Below are positions 44,247 through 58,327 of a stretch of DNA of 64,000 nt, piece by piece. The position numbers and the translations under genes are program-made. The notes under the pieces are model-generated. The model saw only the letters and a list, made by a program, of their open reading frames with translations. It did not search any database and was not told the origin of the DNA. Numbering within the stretch: the first letter of the stretch is position 1; each line of letters starts with the position of its first letter. Origin of the DNA: Haliotis rubra (Eukaryota); assembly GCF_003918875.1 (NCBI RefSeq), contig NW_025767268.1, positions 868,001 to 932,000 of the forward strand. The letters run 5' to 3'.

Positions 44247-47200
44247 ATGATGATGACCTCCTGGCTACAAATCCTCGCTGTCCTCGCCCTGGGTGCACGT
44301 GCAGCTGTACCAGAGGACGAGATCACAGAGTTGCCCGGATTGAGTCGACTCCCCAGCTGGAAGCAGTACTCTGGCTTTCTGAAGGCCTCGGGAACCAGGA
44401 AGCTGCACTACTGGTGAGAATACCTGGTGGTAACAATTGTTGCTGTGTGAATACCTGTGGTAACAAGTATTGCTGTGATAAACACCTGGTGGTAACATGT
44501 ATTGCTGTGAGAACACCTGGTGATAAAACTATTGCTGTGAGAACACCTGGTGGTAAAAATATTGCTGTGAGAACACCTGGTGGTAACCAACATTGCTGTG
44601 TGAACACCTGGTGGTAACATTGCTGTAAGAACACATCGTGTTAACAAATATTGCCGTGAGAACACATGGTGGTAACAATATTGCCGTGAGACTGACTGAC
44701 TGAGTTTGGTTTTACGCCGCTTTTAGCAATATTCCAGCAATATCACGGCGGGGAACATCAGAAATGGGCTTCACTCATTGTACCCAATTTCCGTGAGAAC
44801 ACCTGGTGGTAAGAATATTGCTGTGAGAACACCTGGTGGTAACAAACGTTGCTGGTGGGAACACCTGGTAGCAACAAATATTGCTAGTTCGAAGATATTC
44901 TGGCAACAAATATTGCTTGTGGAAACACCTATAATAATAGACATCACTCTCGAGAATAGGCCTTCGTAACAAACATCACTGGCCAGGACACCTTGTGGTA
45001 ACAAATGCTGCTTTTGAGAACGTGATGATCAAAATCTCCGGTGAGTTCACATTGCATGTGTCAGAACACCACGTGGCAATTAAAATAATACATCGTGGTA
45101 ACAAACATTAACTCTCAGCACACATCCTTGTGTGAAACAGTGCTGATGAAATCACCTCGTGGTCACCTACATTACTGGTGAACGAATGTTACCGTGAAGG
45201 AGAATTCGTGGGAACAAGTACTGCTGCAGGGACGCTCTCTTGGTTACATATATCTCTGGCTATATAATGGCGAATAATGTTGTGAGAATAGTCTGAGGTA
45301 ACGATTACTGCTATGTGAATACTCCGCTGTGACCCATACTGCTGAAAGTAGACCCAGAGTTGACGAGTAATGATGTGTGAGGTGAGGTGAAATTGGGTTT
45401 TACGTCGTGCTTGAGAATATTTCGCTCATATGACGACGTACATGCGTGTGTATGTGTATGTGCGGCTGCTTGTACTAGCCCAGACTTAAGCTGGTTTTAT
45501 AGTGCTAGCCCACTGAGATACCATGCTGCAGTGAAGCATGAATACCCCACTCAGACACATTATACTGACTCCGAGCCGACCAGTCCTTATTGTACCCATT
45601 AATGCCGAGCACCAGACAGCGACCAACAAGTACCACATTTTAACGTCTTTTGGTATGACGCGGTCGGGGATCGAACCCGCGACCTTCCACTCTCCGGGCG
45701 GACGCTCTAACCACTACACCACGGAGGCGGTCAGTAATGATGTGTGTGAGAATACCACTACAATGACACATCTAAGACTATTGTGGTATAGATAAGGACA
45801 AATATTATGGATGAACAACTTCTTTATTCGGGTGATGCGACGTTTCGATTCTGATTCTTGTATCGTTGTCAATCAAGTATACTTATGGATGAAAAATGAA
45901 GTTGTTCATCCAAAAAGTTTGTCCTTATCTGATTCACCCATTTCTAAATACGCCACTCAGAGAAATATTGTGGTATATTCACATGTTAACGTAGGAACCG
46001 CGTTAAGTAAACAAATGCTGCTTCGCTGAGTGTACAAAGGACAGAATGACTATAGATGAGACTTGTGACAATATATAGTGTTCAATTATTGATGACAGAT
46101 AACCTGTAACTACACCCCGTAGCCTCACCTGTATACTTCTTCCGAGAATAACACGCAACAAATACTTATAGAGGGTAACCGTGCTATAATACCATGCTAA
46201 CTTAACCTGCATACGTTCAGACAATATAGTCCTTCCTCGCCCACCAAGTAGTAAAAGTAATGACCTTCATCAATTAATGTCCTCTAGGTTTGTTGAGTCT
46301 CAGAGCTCCACTCCGAAGACGGACCCAGTTGTTCTGTGGCTGAATGGAGGACCCGGATGTAGCTCCCTGCTAGGACTCCTCACTGAGAATGGGCCGTTTA
46401 AGGTGAGACACATGTGTGTGTTGAAGAAATACGGATCGGGTTGCAATAATTGGTGACTTAGTTAATTGCCGGTATCTCAACCCCAGTGACTAGCTCTTGA
46501 CGTTGTTCATATTAACCATCACTGGAGTGCCTAGTCTCGACTGGAGATTCTTTACGGTACGCCGTCACAGAGCTGGCGTAAAAAAAACGTATAACCGATA
46601 ACCCGATCGACTTTAATAGCTTGTAAACGAGTTCTTAAGATGAGATGTGTTTTTGAGGTAGAATGCATTAAACAGACGTACTATCACTTCTATGTTTTAC
46701 ACTAAAAAACACCACTATTTTGGTGAACTAATTAAGCAACATTCACAGAGTGTTTCCTTCTAACATGTCAAACTACAATGTGCTCTTTCTCAATGCACCC
46801 ATAAAGTAGATCCACAGATGAATATAAATCTTACTGCATTGCTTATTTGCTTTTCTTTGCTACCTCACAGATAGCCACTGACGGGAAGACGGTGGAGTAC
46901 AATCCATATAGCTGGAACGCGGTAAGCTGGAAGGGATGGGAGAATGTGTGTGTGCGAGGATCCTGGAACGACAAGGGACACAACTCTATTCATTGTTTCC
47001 AACAATCTCCCACCGACAGGGAAGGCTAACGGAACCAGCATTGAAGTGTATAACAAATGTGTCGAAAGTTATAGTCATATGTGTTTGTATGGATTTAGAC
47101 CTTCGTGTTAGCACCAACATAATCAAGTACCATAGGCATGTGCAGCGGACATTTTGACCTCCTAACAGCCATTGATCTTTGTCCATGCAGGCATATTTAC

Positions 47201-50200
47201 ATATTCACAAACGTTTAACATGATACATTAAGGTGTTTCTCTGTCACCAGATCGCCAACATGCTGTTTCTCGAGGCCCCTGCAGGTGTTGGGTTCTCCTA
47301 CAGTGACGACAGAAACTACGCCACAAATGACGATGAGGTGACGGTCTCGGAATTACCGTGACAACCAATAACAGTATCACGTCCTTATGTTTAACATACA
47401 AACTGCAAGTCGTGTTTATTAGTAACATAAGGCCAGCACTGCGTGTATTCTATTAACATATGATCATCATTACGTGTTCACCACTAACATACAGATTACA
47501 TCAGGTGTCTATCACTCTGGGCTGCACCATGGTTTTACCACTGGCATATGAATTTCACCATGTGTCATCAACTCGACCGTACCGCTGGGATGTCTCACGT
47601 GTCAGGACATAATGCTGTGTGCTGTTCCTTGACACTGGCCGTATGTCATACTGCTTAGCAACAAACCCCTGTACATCCGGGTTAGAACTGGTCTTCAGTA
47701 ACCCATGCTTGTCGTAAGAGGCGACTAACGGGATTGGGTGGTCAGGCTCGCTGAGTTGCTTGACAATATGTAATCGTATCCCAATTGCGTAGATCGATGC
47801 TCAGGCTGATGATCACTGGATTGTCTGGTTCAGACTCGATTATTTACAGACCGCCGCAATATAGCTGGAATATTGCTGAATGTGGCGTAAAACAACAACA
47901 ACGCCAAGATTAGCAACAATGGCAAATAATGTCATCTTGCTTATAGTAACCATGAGAAATTGACATGGGCGATACCCATGCCGACCCAATACCGACTTCA
48001 AGGCCAAGATGGCAGTTAGCAGAGGATTCCTGCCAGCTTCTACTTAACCTTTTTCCAATAGACTAAACATATACACGCGCTGGACGGTGAACCTTTCGGA
48101 TAGAGACAGAGCAATGTTTTATCTGGTACATCGACGGTAGACTATTTCACACTGCTTTGGCTGTGCCGGCATTAGTCGTTGTACTTTTATGTGTTGAAGG
48201 TAGCCCTCAATAACTACCTAGCGTTGAAGGATTTCTTCATGAAATACCCTGAGTACATAGCCAACGACTTCTATATCACCGGGGAGAGCTACGGAGGCAT
48301 CTACGTGCCGACACTCAGCGCACTCGTCGTCGACGACCGTGATATCAACTTTAAGGTAAGTTAGTACTGCGAGGATGCATGAAGATAAAACCCCAACCCA
48401 TGAAGAGTCTTACAGTCACATTGGTAACACACGACTTAAAGTCACAGTGAAAAGCCATATGGCCCACGCCACTGACAGTGCTTCACACTTCTGTGGTTTG
48501 GAGGATATAGCGTCTGCCTAGAAGACGGGAGGTCGGAGATCAATTTCCTGCTACCAAAAAACATTTCCTCCTTCCACAAGATGGTATTTGTTGTTTTCCT
48601 GGAGCTTTGCATCAAGGACAACTTAAGTGGAAACGCTTACATTGCTTCACAATCACACACTCACTCACTGTTGTGACAATAGTAACGGTTGATCCCTGCC
48701 ATACCTGTCAGAATGATGCAGCTGCTTCCGATCATCTTTTCAGGGGTTTGCAGTTGGGAATGGCGTCACTGACGCCATCATGAGCGACAGCTCTCTGGTC
48801 TACTTCTCCTACTACCACGGCCTCATCGGGGACATGTACGTAGTCACCCCTGTCGATCTGTATGTGTTGTAAACTTGGAAGGTTCGGTAGACCAAAGTTA
48901 GTAGCCTCTCCCATGTGGATGTTTTCTTGTTCTGTTGGTATTATGGTTAGATACCAGCCAAGCACAACAAACGTTCTTCTTCAACTTGTTTCAGAATGTT
49001 GAAATGTTTTGTAACAATGATTTAACGTGACATGTGCAGGACATAGTGATGATAAAGTGGTGATAAAAGGTGTTGGCAAACCTACCAATAACCTTATCCT
49101 GACCTACCAATAACACTGACTTATCCTGACCTGACCAATAACACCTTATCCTGACCTACCAATAACACCTTATCCTGACCTACCAATAACACCTTATCCT
49201 GACCTACCAATAACACCTTATCCTGACCTACCAATAACACCTTATCCTGACCTACCAATAACACCTTATCCTGACCTACCAATAACACCTTATCCTGACC
49301 TACCAATAACACCTTATCCTGACCTACCAATAACACCTTATCCTGACCTACCAATAACACCTTATCCTGACCTACCAATAACACCTTATCCTGACCTACC
49401 AATAACACCTTATCCTGACCTACCAATAACACCTTATCCTGGCCTACCAATAACACCTTATCCTGACCTACCAATAACACCCGTTATCACAAACACACCA
49501 ATGCAAACACGCGTCACAAACACATGCCAAGGCAAGTCACCTGGACAAATTCGCATTTCAAGTTAAACTTGCATTGGACATCATTTTGTCACTGATGCGT
49601 CAAATCTGGAAATGTCTTGCACGTGTCTACCATAACCGTTTGAAAGCTGGCGCTTAGAAAGAGTAGGCCTATAGTACCTCACAAGTTGTAAAATGTAGAA
49701 ACCAAATGCTGGAGCTGTGTGTCATACAGCCATGGGGAGAGTGTTTTTAGGGAGTTGCATTGGAAATAGTTGGACATGTAAAGTGTGTGAGCAGCTGCCA
49801 GATACCCTCTACACAAAATGTTTGGGACGTGAACATCATAACCAAAGGTAACTGTATATGACAGCTTGCAATGTTTGACAAAGGCGAAACGTAACAATTA
49901 TTTGATGCAAAGTGTACACGACCACAGATCATAGATCGTTTGCCAACACCGGTTCAGTGCCTTGACTAGGTAGATGTGAATCTCCACTATCACTGATCGT
50001 TTCCTTGTCTGCAGCACGTGGAGCCTCCTGATGACTCATTGCTGCAAGGGTCAGGAGAGTCGCTGCAACTTCTTTGACCAAATCTCCAATGACACCAACT
50101 GCAAGAGAGCGGTACCTTTTACAAATTCCATTTTTCACCCAAAGCTTCAACAGGACGTATAATCTTTTTGTTATGGAGTTTATTAATGAAAACCTAGAAT

Positions 50201-52067
50201 ATATTGACATGGTATATTGATACAATGATACAATGACGTAACAATTTGTGATTAATGTCAGGGGAATAAAGCAGGACATGATACACTGGCATCTCGTGGA
50301 TTCTGACTGTCACGATGAGGTAAGTCTGCATGTTGAAGTTACAGTACAAATGACGCTTATCTCCTCAGCTGTTCGAAACCTACCAAGCAGTTCTCGGCAG
50401 CGGCCTCAACATCTACAACCTGTACGGAGAGTGCGTGAACACGGCGCCAGGACTGACATACGACGTCAACACAGACACCTACATCTCCTCCAACTTCGGA
50501 TGGTTTCTGCCACACTCACCCCAAGTGCAAGACGAAATCAGAGTAGGTCTGGCAAAATATTATTCAAAAATGAACAATTGCTTTTCAAGAATACGTACAG
50601 TGTAGATGGTGATATAAAACAAAACAGATTCAACTGCTGACAACAAGTAATCTAGGGCTGAGAAACTCGCTTCAAAGATGATTTGCTTCTTTTAGCTGCA
50701 AGGACTTGGTAAACGTCGAATCTGAGACACAGCGAAATACGGATGGTTGGTTTGTTGTTTAACGCCGCACTCAGCAATATTCCAGCTATATTGTGGCGGT
50801 CTGTAAATAATCGAGTCTGGACCAGACAACCCTGTGATGCTCAACAGCACGAGCATCGATATACACAATAATTGGGATACGATGACATGTGTCAACCAGG
50901 TCAGCGAGCCTGACCACAGATCCCGTAAGTCGCCTTTTACAAGCATGGGTTGCTGATGACCAATTCTAACCCGGGTTTTTCACGGGTCACCAGATAAGTA
51001 AAAGTGTCTACGCCATAACATTTAAACAAACGATTTAGTGAAAATTACTATCTAAAACGAGTCCCAATTGGGGGTAATCTAAGAGAAAAGGAAACGGTGA
51101 ACAAGGCATGGGTTTGACACACTGGTATGGACGTTTGTTACATCTCTGAAAGGTCCCTAATGAGTTTGTCTTGCGGAAATTAGTTCCTCGAGAGGTAAAG
51201 CGGTGATAGAGAATAACTCGAGTTCCTCGAGGATTACATGTCTTCCGAGGTACTTTCTTGAATGTGAACTATTGTACATATGACGCAATACTTTGCACTG
51301 GATGTGTTACGCCATAAATGCCGCATGACGTCACGTCGTATCGTCATCAATGGGACTATGCTACGTCACATCAACTCTCCAATCAGCACTGAGAATCTCC
51401 AAGAAGCACTGAAAATACAGTGTCTCTAAATCTGTCGATTCTTTAAGATAATATCTGTCATTTGATTGTTTTCTGTATCAAGATGATACAGAATCTCCCA
51501 TCTGAGAAGCTCCGGATGACGCCACCCTGTCTTAATGACACGAACATCCTTGTATACCTGAATCAGCCGCAGGTGCGCCGAGCTCTGCATATACCGGACT
51601 CTGTCCAACGCTGGGACACTTGCAGGTAGGTTTCAGAATGGCTGGCTCTGACACATATACATGATGATAATGATTATTTGATTAGCGCTTCGGTTAGACC
51701 TAATTCGCATTCTGATGGTGACAATAATTCCGCCATGTCAGTGGTACCATAGATGCCGGTCGCATCTACCTCTCAATTGTATACCCTTCAGGTGCTCCCA
51801 AAGTTGATAACCATGCAATGATATACTTGTGGGTCACTTCTGTATATATGCAGTAATTTCTGCGGATGCATAAGCAAAAGTGGACTCCAACTTCTCATGT
51901 TATGAAATAAGAATGGAATCTCATATTATAAATATATGGGTAGTGCTATGTTTTGCAAACATTGACAATACTATGTATAAATTTCTTCAGGTGCAAAAGC
52001 AGTAATGTACTAACTTTGCATATTATGAATTACATATAATGAAATTATGGGTGGTGCAAAACTTTTG

Positions 52068-52115
<48 letters not shown>

Positions 52116-53664
52116 GTTGAACAGTACAGTACAGGCAAATCAGTTATTGGTGACCACACCGGGTAAGCGTATTGTAAACGTCATCAGATCGCGTGTGATC
52201 AACAGCTTTTGACACTGACAGAGAACGGCAAACCTAAACTGTAGTTTCTCTATCAAGCAATTTCCTTGAATTTGTGATGAGCTATCCGTTTGTTTTAGTG
52301 GAGCGGTCGGGCAGGGCTACACCACCATCTACAGGACGGTGAGGGAGCAGTACCTAAAGGTCCTCAACGCAAAGGTACGTAATAATAAGCTGAAAGATAT
52401 TTGGAGGGACTTTCCTTGAGATGACCTTCGGATCAGATAATAGTATTTTTATTGGTGGCAGAGAATCAAATTCATTTAACTATTGCATGGTAAGGTGAAT
52501 GAGAATTATTCTTACATATTCGTTTAGCTGAGTGACAAATATTACTTTCGTATATATGACTGTTAATATTTTAATATTATTGCTGTGAAGGAATATTGTT
52601 GTTACAGAAGCGAGTGTTGGTGTACAACGGCGATGTGGACATGGCTTGTAACTTCATGGGAGACGAATGGTTTGTCGACTCGCTGGAACAGAAGGTAGAG
52701 TACTATTTCTGAAAAATGTACTTAACCCCCAAAAAGTAAAGGACCACCCCAATATTCAATATTTAAGTATTATATGGATCATAATATGAACAATTAAATA
52801 CTTTTATATTGAAAATTGGGGTGGTCCTTAACTATTTTTGTTGCGTATACATCAAGGCTGTGAGGTTAAATGGAATTAGACTTCGCTTTGAAGAAAATTA
52901 CTCTAACATAGCGATGTCTGTGTGTGTGACGTGTATATTGGACATCTGTAATTAATGGAGTCTCGACCAGACAAATATCCCAATGGTACTATGACCAAGG
53001 GTCCATGCCATCAAGGTGAAATGACACGCGGTCAACTATATCTAACCCGTAAAGCCCACATGACATGACCACAGGTATCGTTCTTGTCACCAATGCCTAC
53101 GTCCGTTGTTGACAGTACGCTCAGTCCCGTAAGCCATGGTACTACACCGCCGCCGACAAGACAAAACAAGTGGCTGGATTCGCCAAAGGGTTCGAGAATC
53201 TCGTGTATGTGACCGTCAGGGTATGTTTCATTGTCCTGTCATCATTACAACGCCTTTCCTCGTCTACATATGTCATAGATCTTCGTCTCTTGTGTAACTA
53301 GGTGCAGTTCATCAGCGCCTCTTGTTGCCATACCTAAATTTCTCCTTGAAGTATAGATCTTCATCTATATATAACAACTTTATTACTTTTAGAGAGAGAG
53401 ATCCCTCGTATCTTACATGTCATGGATTCGAGATTTGAGTGTAAATATATAGATCTTCATCTAATTGGGGTGGATATAAAGAAAAATGAATGAAAAATGA
53501 ATGAAATCATGAGAACTGACCAGTAATATTGCAACCGGAGAGGAAAAACCTTCATTAAATCTTTGACGTTTTGTTTGCAGGGATCTGGCCACACGGTTCC
53601 TACAGATACACCCGTACCAGCTCTTGTCCTGTTTACCAACTTCATTAAAAACATTCCTTTCTAG
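44247..53664 (+). CDS. CTSA: Cathepsin A-like serine carboxypeptidase, copy 3 (13 coding exons, 475-477 aa)
   Basis: Exons 44247-44413, 46288-46402, 46871-46921, 47251-47337, 48200-48355, 48744-48835, 50015-50111, 50369-50542, 51483-51625, 52299-52374, 52608-52694, 53116-53220, 53581-53664; all GT-AG and in frame. [22 protein letters not shown]. Candidate 5'UTR donor at 43881. Confidence 0.95.
44414..45020. repeat. Degenerate paralog of the 30-bp minisatellite in CTSA-3 intron 1
   Basis: GTGAGAACACCTGGTGGTAA units. Confidence 0.9.
44691..44788 (-). mobile_element. 5'-truncated SINE family A inside a minisatellite
   Basis: 3' half only; flanked by CCGTGAGA on both sides. Confidence 0.75.
45378..45733 (-). 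mobile_element. tRNA-derived SINE family C
   Basis: Head TGGTGTAGTGGTTAGAGCG...GGTTCGATCCCC, distinct body, (CACCT)n tail. Decayed relatives at about 34020-34400 and 48490-48620. Confidence 0.8.
47664..47900 (+). mobile_element. SINE-like family B
   Basis: Homology to 14007-14256. Confidence 0.85.
49080..49480. repeat. Homogeneous 24-bp minisatellite
   Basis: Unit CCAATAACACCTTATCCTGACCTA, about 16 copies. Confidence 0.97.
50742..50988 (-). mobile_element. SINE-like family B
   Basis: Begins GACCCGTGAA. Further degraded copies at about 17850-18060, 19850-19975, 46430-46585 and 61904-61948. Confidence 0.85.
52739..52829. repeat. Palindromic remnant (collapsed DNA transposon)
   Basis: AAGGACCACCCCAATATTCAATA...TATTGAAAATTGGGGTGGTCCTT. 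Confidence 0.7.
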
Positions 53665-53911
53665 AACAAATAATCTTAAGCATTGCATCATTAATCATAA
53701 AATTATAAGCTATTTGCAAATGTATGATTTTCGAGACCTAGAGAAGTTGAAGAGCCAGTACTGACATAGCCATGTTCAACATAATGGCAGGCGAATTGTT
53801 ATTTTAGGCAGTGGCATAGTAATGTGACGTCATGGGAGAAAACATAGCAACAACCACTAAATAAAAATGGGTTTTCTCAAACCACATCATTAACTGCAAC
53901 AGCACAACTTT

Positions 53912-54161
53912 ATGTAGAAGAAAGTACAATATTATTAAACTAACTCTATAAGAAAACTGGCACTTCAAATCCGCTGACAAAAGCCCCCATTAAACAGATA
54001 TCAAGTATGCCTCATCCAATTTGTAAACAATGATTTGATAAAACAGCGCACTCTACCAGGATAAGGCATACTTGATATCCGTTTAATGAGGGCTTTTGTC
54101 GGCAGATTTGAAGTGCCAGTTTTAAGGAGTTTGTTTAATAAGACTGTACTTTGTTCTACAT
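53912..54161. repeat. Long inverted repeat (foldback/MITE)
   Basis: About 105-bp arms including AAAACTGGCACTTCAAATC / GATTTGAAGTGCCAGTTTT and GATATCAAGTATGCCT / AGGCATACTTGATATC. Confidence 0.8.
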
Positions 54162-56180
54162 TAAGTCATCTTCTCATATGCTATCGGCTTTGTATGTGTT
54201 GTATGTTTTGTAACCCATCACTAACTGATGGTCTTCTCCGGCTGTCACAGTATTAATCAGACACATCCATTGTTGTTACTAATCCCTTTCATGCATACCT
54301 GTCACGAGAGCTTTAATACAGCCTGGCTTCAGTTATGTGAACTATGTGTATGTTAGACCGAGTATTGGCTGTACCAGACGAGCCAATCAGAAAGCTTGTA
54401 ACAAGTGGTAATCGAATAAGAATGGCTGACCCTAAAGATATGTTGTTCTGAACTAATATTCAAATAAGATATAACAACAAATAAAACAATACTCTTACAG
54501 TGCTTTTGTTAATCCTAGTCAGATGTACTCAAAGTCACTCCTACTGGACAACGGTGTAAGGGTAAATATCGAAACGTCGCATCATAACAGAATGAAGTAC
54601 TTGTCATGGAAGAAGCTTTGTTTTAATGTCCTATTGGAGGAAATCCGTATTGTGATGTCACGTTATTGTAAGACTGACTATAGGGACAGAGGTTTCCCAT
54701 GTCCTGTATGCTATATTTCACACAGATAAGCAGGCGACATATGGATATAAGCCATAGATCATATACATTACCATACGATATGGAGAGATTATCACCCTCC
54801 CTTTTCCATATCTTGCCCCGTATCATCCCGAAACGCCCATATCTGACTGAGGCCGTTCAGTCGAGGGGGTCATAATATTTGTATCACTTAATATACTAAC
54901 CAAGGAAGTATCAATCATTTTTAAAAACCTGTTATTCTCTACAAAAAATATTTCACCCAAACACTCAAAAAATCCTCGACCAAATTTTATTCAACATTTA
55001 TTCAACAACTGTAAAATGTCATTTGGACACGTTCATTCATCGTCGGTGTCGCTGTCGATTACCGGGGGTCGTATACGTTTGTATCGTTTACCTTCGCCGT
55101 TTATAACACTAATTCGAACAGGCGCGTGAAAGTTTGCTCCCGTAAAAAAGTTCCATGGTGCTGTTTGTGGCATCGACAAACCTTGATTGAACGAAATCAA
55201 ACCTTTATTATCAACATGATAGGCACATCAATAACTACTAATAATTTCTACTTCAGGTAGGACCATTAGATATATTATATGTTCAGAGTTCGATATTAGC
55301 AGCAAGAATGAAAGGTTTAATGGTTATGCCTAGAGGCGGAATAAAATATGGTTTCTTGTTGTATAGATCATCATAAAGAGGATTAGAATCACAGCTGTAT
55401 ACAGACTCATTAGATTATAGTTTTGTGATGCACTGGCCTCAACGTAACGAAGCTTGAAAAGATCCAAGACAAAGTCTTTCACCTTGATCATGCATAGAAT
55501 CGTTAAGTCGTTAAGGTTGCTTCAACAGGCTAAAAAATAAAAGATGGAGCCAAGTACGAGCTAAGAACAGATAGGTATAGTTATAGGAGAGTTTCCTGTG
55601 CCCTCCCCTCTTTGAATTAGAGACCTTTCAGCAAATCAAGGGACTAAGGCATTTATTCTGTAAATATCAAATTTTGGTTTTGACAGGTCAAATGTCCATC
55701 AAAAATGAAACCGAAGAATTTTCGTTCTTAAATACGTGTGTTATTTACATATAATAACGGGTCTTTGTGTGGTTTATAAAATGGATATAATTAGTTATAA
55801 ATTTTGAAAATGTAAATCCATTTTCTAAACACTATTTTTAATATTTTGAAACAAAGATGCAGATGCCTTTCAATAGTATTCATATGTTTGCCAATAACGA
55901 TGCGACAGTGTTGAACCCACGCCTGTCATTTAAAAACTTGGCAGCATAAAATGGGTACCCGGTGAAATAAATCGTGAGACTATTAACCTTCTTGCGCCTA
56001 TCCGGCAGCTTGGGTTATCTGGCGTAATAATGATCAGATTGTGCGCTTTGAGCAGGGTATCTAGCGTGGAAAAGACGCGTTATAAATATTCTCATTATTA
56101 TCATTATTAAATTGAGGCAAACGACGTCGCAATCCAAGGTCATGTAGATCTTAGTGTAGTGACATATGTTTTTTCTACAT

Positions 56181-56309
56181 TGATGAAGGAGACGAGTGCC
56201 ACGCCCACTGTTTGCGGACAATATCCGGGGGCAGTTGCCGATGATGCGAATGTCACTGTGACTTGTAGTAATCCCAAGGTGGGACGTTACGTAAAAATCA
56301 GCAAGCCAG
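56181..56309 (+). pseudogene. Orphan duplicated fragment of F-type lectin exon 3
   Basis: 129 nt matching 63154-63282 with 4 mismatches, truncated at both ends, no flanking splice sites. Confidence 0.9.
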
Positions 56310-56437
56310 ATTGAAAATAACAGACAGTGCATGCTGCTTATTGATTTTGACATGTTTGACACATGGTTCTAAACGTACTATATATATGTACCATACGATC
56401 CATGGTACTTCTATTATTACGGAAAACACATTGTATA

Positions 56438-56620
56438 TCAGTTGTTAGGTTTTTTTACTTCTAAGATATAAACATGTCTATTATTTATCATGCGTGCCAT
56501 GGTTTCGCAAACGCATCTAGTTAATGATATTGGTCGATAGTTTGAAGGATCGGTCTGATCACATCCAGCGTTAAGTATTGGAACAACTACAGCATGACGC
56601 CACGAATGCCGATTAAACAA
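56438..56620 (-). mobile_element. Non-LTR RT fragment (I/Nimb/Jockey-type)
   Basis: WRHAVVVPILNAG..DPSNYRPISLTRCVCETMARMINNR. Confidence 0.75.
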
Positions 56621-56669
56621 TTATTTCCGAAGTTGATCATGGTTGTATCAGCTTCTGTAGCAGTATCGT

Positions 56670-57650
56670 CAGCTTCCCTGGACAATGTGGAGCTCATGAA
56701 TAGCAAAGAATCCCACAGCTATTTTTAGCGTGCCAAGGTTGTTGGACAGAATCTGAAATTTGAGGTTGATTTTGTTGATGGTGATGTACTGCTGGACGGT
56801 ACAGCGATGGGTAAACCAGGTGAAGTCATTCACCAAGACGCTTTCTGAGAAGCCACTGCATCGTGTGTACATGCAGTGTGAGGAACGGAATAGCAATCCC
56901 ACCGACTCCTTCGCCTGGATGAAGTCGACTGGTCTTAAATGTGAAACTGAGGGCTTCCTTTTGCTGCCCAACCAGTCACTTCCCACTGGCAATCGCCTAA
57001 ATGTGATTCTTAAATAAAATATTAACATGAAATGTCGACTGTGTAATGAATTTACAGAGACTGTCCAACACCTTGTCAGTGGACGGCCTTCCTTGGCATA
57101 TCTTAAAAGACATGATGGCATGGCTCGCTGCTTCTACTGTCGTCTTCGCTATGCCTGAGGCTTTGACGCCAAGATCCATCCATGGTACGACCATGAACAT
57201 GTCCAGGGTGTCATGGAAAATTATGCTTTTTAACTTCTTTGGAATAGGCCTATATACAGCCTCAGAAGATTTCCAGCCAACAAATCTGATCTTGTCTTTT
57301 TTATGAAGCCAATGAATGTATCTATATCATTGAATTTTTGTCCCATTTGACAGCAATATGCTGGAAAATCAGGAGAATCGTGCTAAATATGCGGACCTTG
57401 CCTTTGAAATGTTTCGCTTGCATCCTAAGTACACTGTCGTCAGGCTCGCCATTGTTCTCGGTGCCCTTGGTTTGGTATCTCTTGATCTCTTGACGCAGAT
57501 CAGGAGAATGCCCGGGTTTTCCACCGGGAGCACAGCCCTTCTGTCACCCTGGGTAATGCAGAAGGCTGCAGTGTTGGGGAGCCTTCATATTCTCTGGAAA
57601 GTTCTTTGGTGGGTTCGACTTGGCAGCGTGTCCTGGGAGAAGTCCCATAC
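56670..57650 (+). mobile_element. Decayed R4/Dong-like non-LTR element, 3' part (CCHC knuckle plus restriction-like endonuclease)
   Basis: Across frameshifts: LKCETEGFLL, CRLCNEFTETVQHLVSG, YLKRHDG, WYDHEH, KYADLAFE, IVLGALG, MQKAAVLGSLHIL. Confidence 0.8.
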
Positions 57651-58327
57651 GCTATCTGAGATGCGTGTAGAGGGAATAAGGGAGGGCCCTGAGCTCACGA
57701 TGAGCCTTATAATTACCAGCCTGACTGCCAGGATCACCCGAATCCTCTCGCCTGTATACTATTTTTGATCTGTAAAACATATGAAAATATCTGAAAATGT
57801 TGAAAGCTGTAAACAGCTGTAAATCTATCGTCAATATTCACCAAACATTTTAATTTATTGCATACATTTATACGTAATTCAAAGTGTTCTGAAGTGAGAC
57901 GTGAGACGTATATTTTGGCTTACATGTAATATGAAAGCACAATTTATTCAGTCATGCCTAATTTCATTTGAAACTATAATTAATTCTATGTTTTAGTATA
58001 TGAAATAATATATGCACCATGCGTTGCTAATATTTTATCACAATAAGAAAGGCATGAATGTTATTTTGAAATATAGTTGTTGTCACGCCCATTCCTGCGC
58101 ACCTGTTGTTGAGGCCGGTCTTCTGTAAACGTTATTAAGTCGGACAAAATGAAAACAAAAAGCCCTAGCATCAACATGTCACACAATTATGATTTTCATC
58201 TAAATATTCAGTGAAGAAACAAGTGATGGTAATAATATTAACAAATGTTCAAATGAAAGATACCGAGAAACTTGCATGTGGAGTGTTGAACAACTACTGT
58301 TTCCGGGTCACGGGAGGCACAGGAGGT

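Noticed and set aside
49121-49480. LLVGQDKV repeat ORF
   Set aside because: 24-bp VNTR; a single unit in the paralog.
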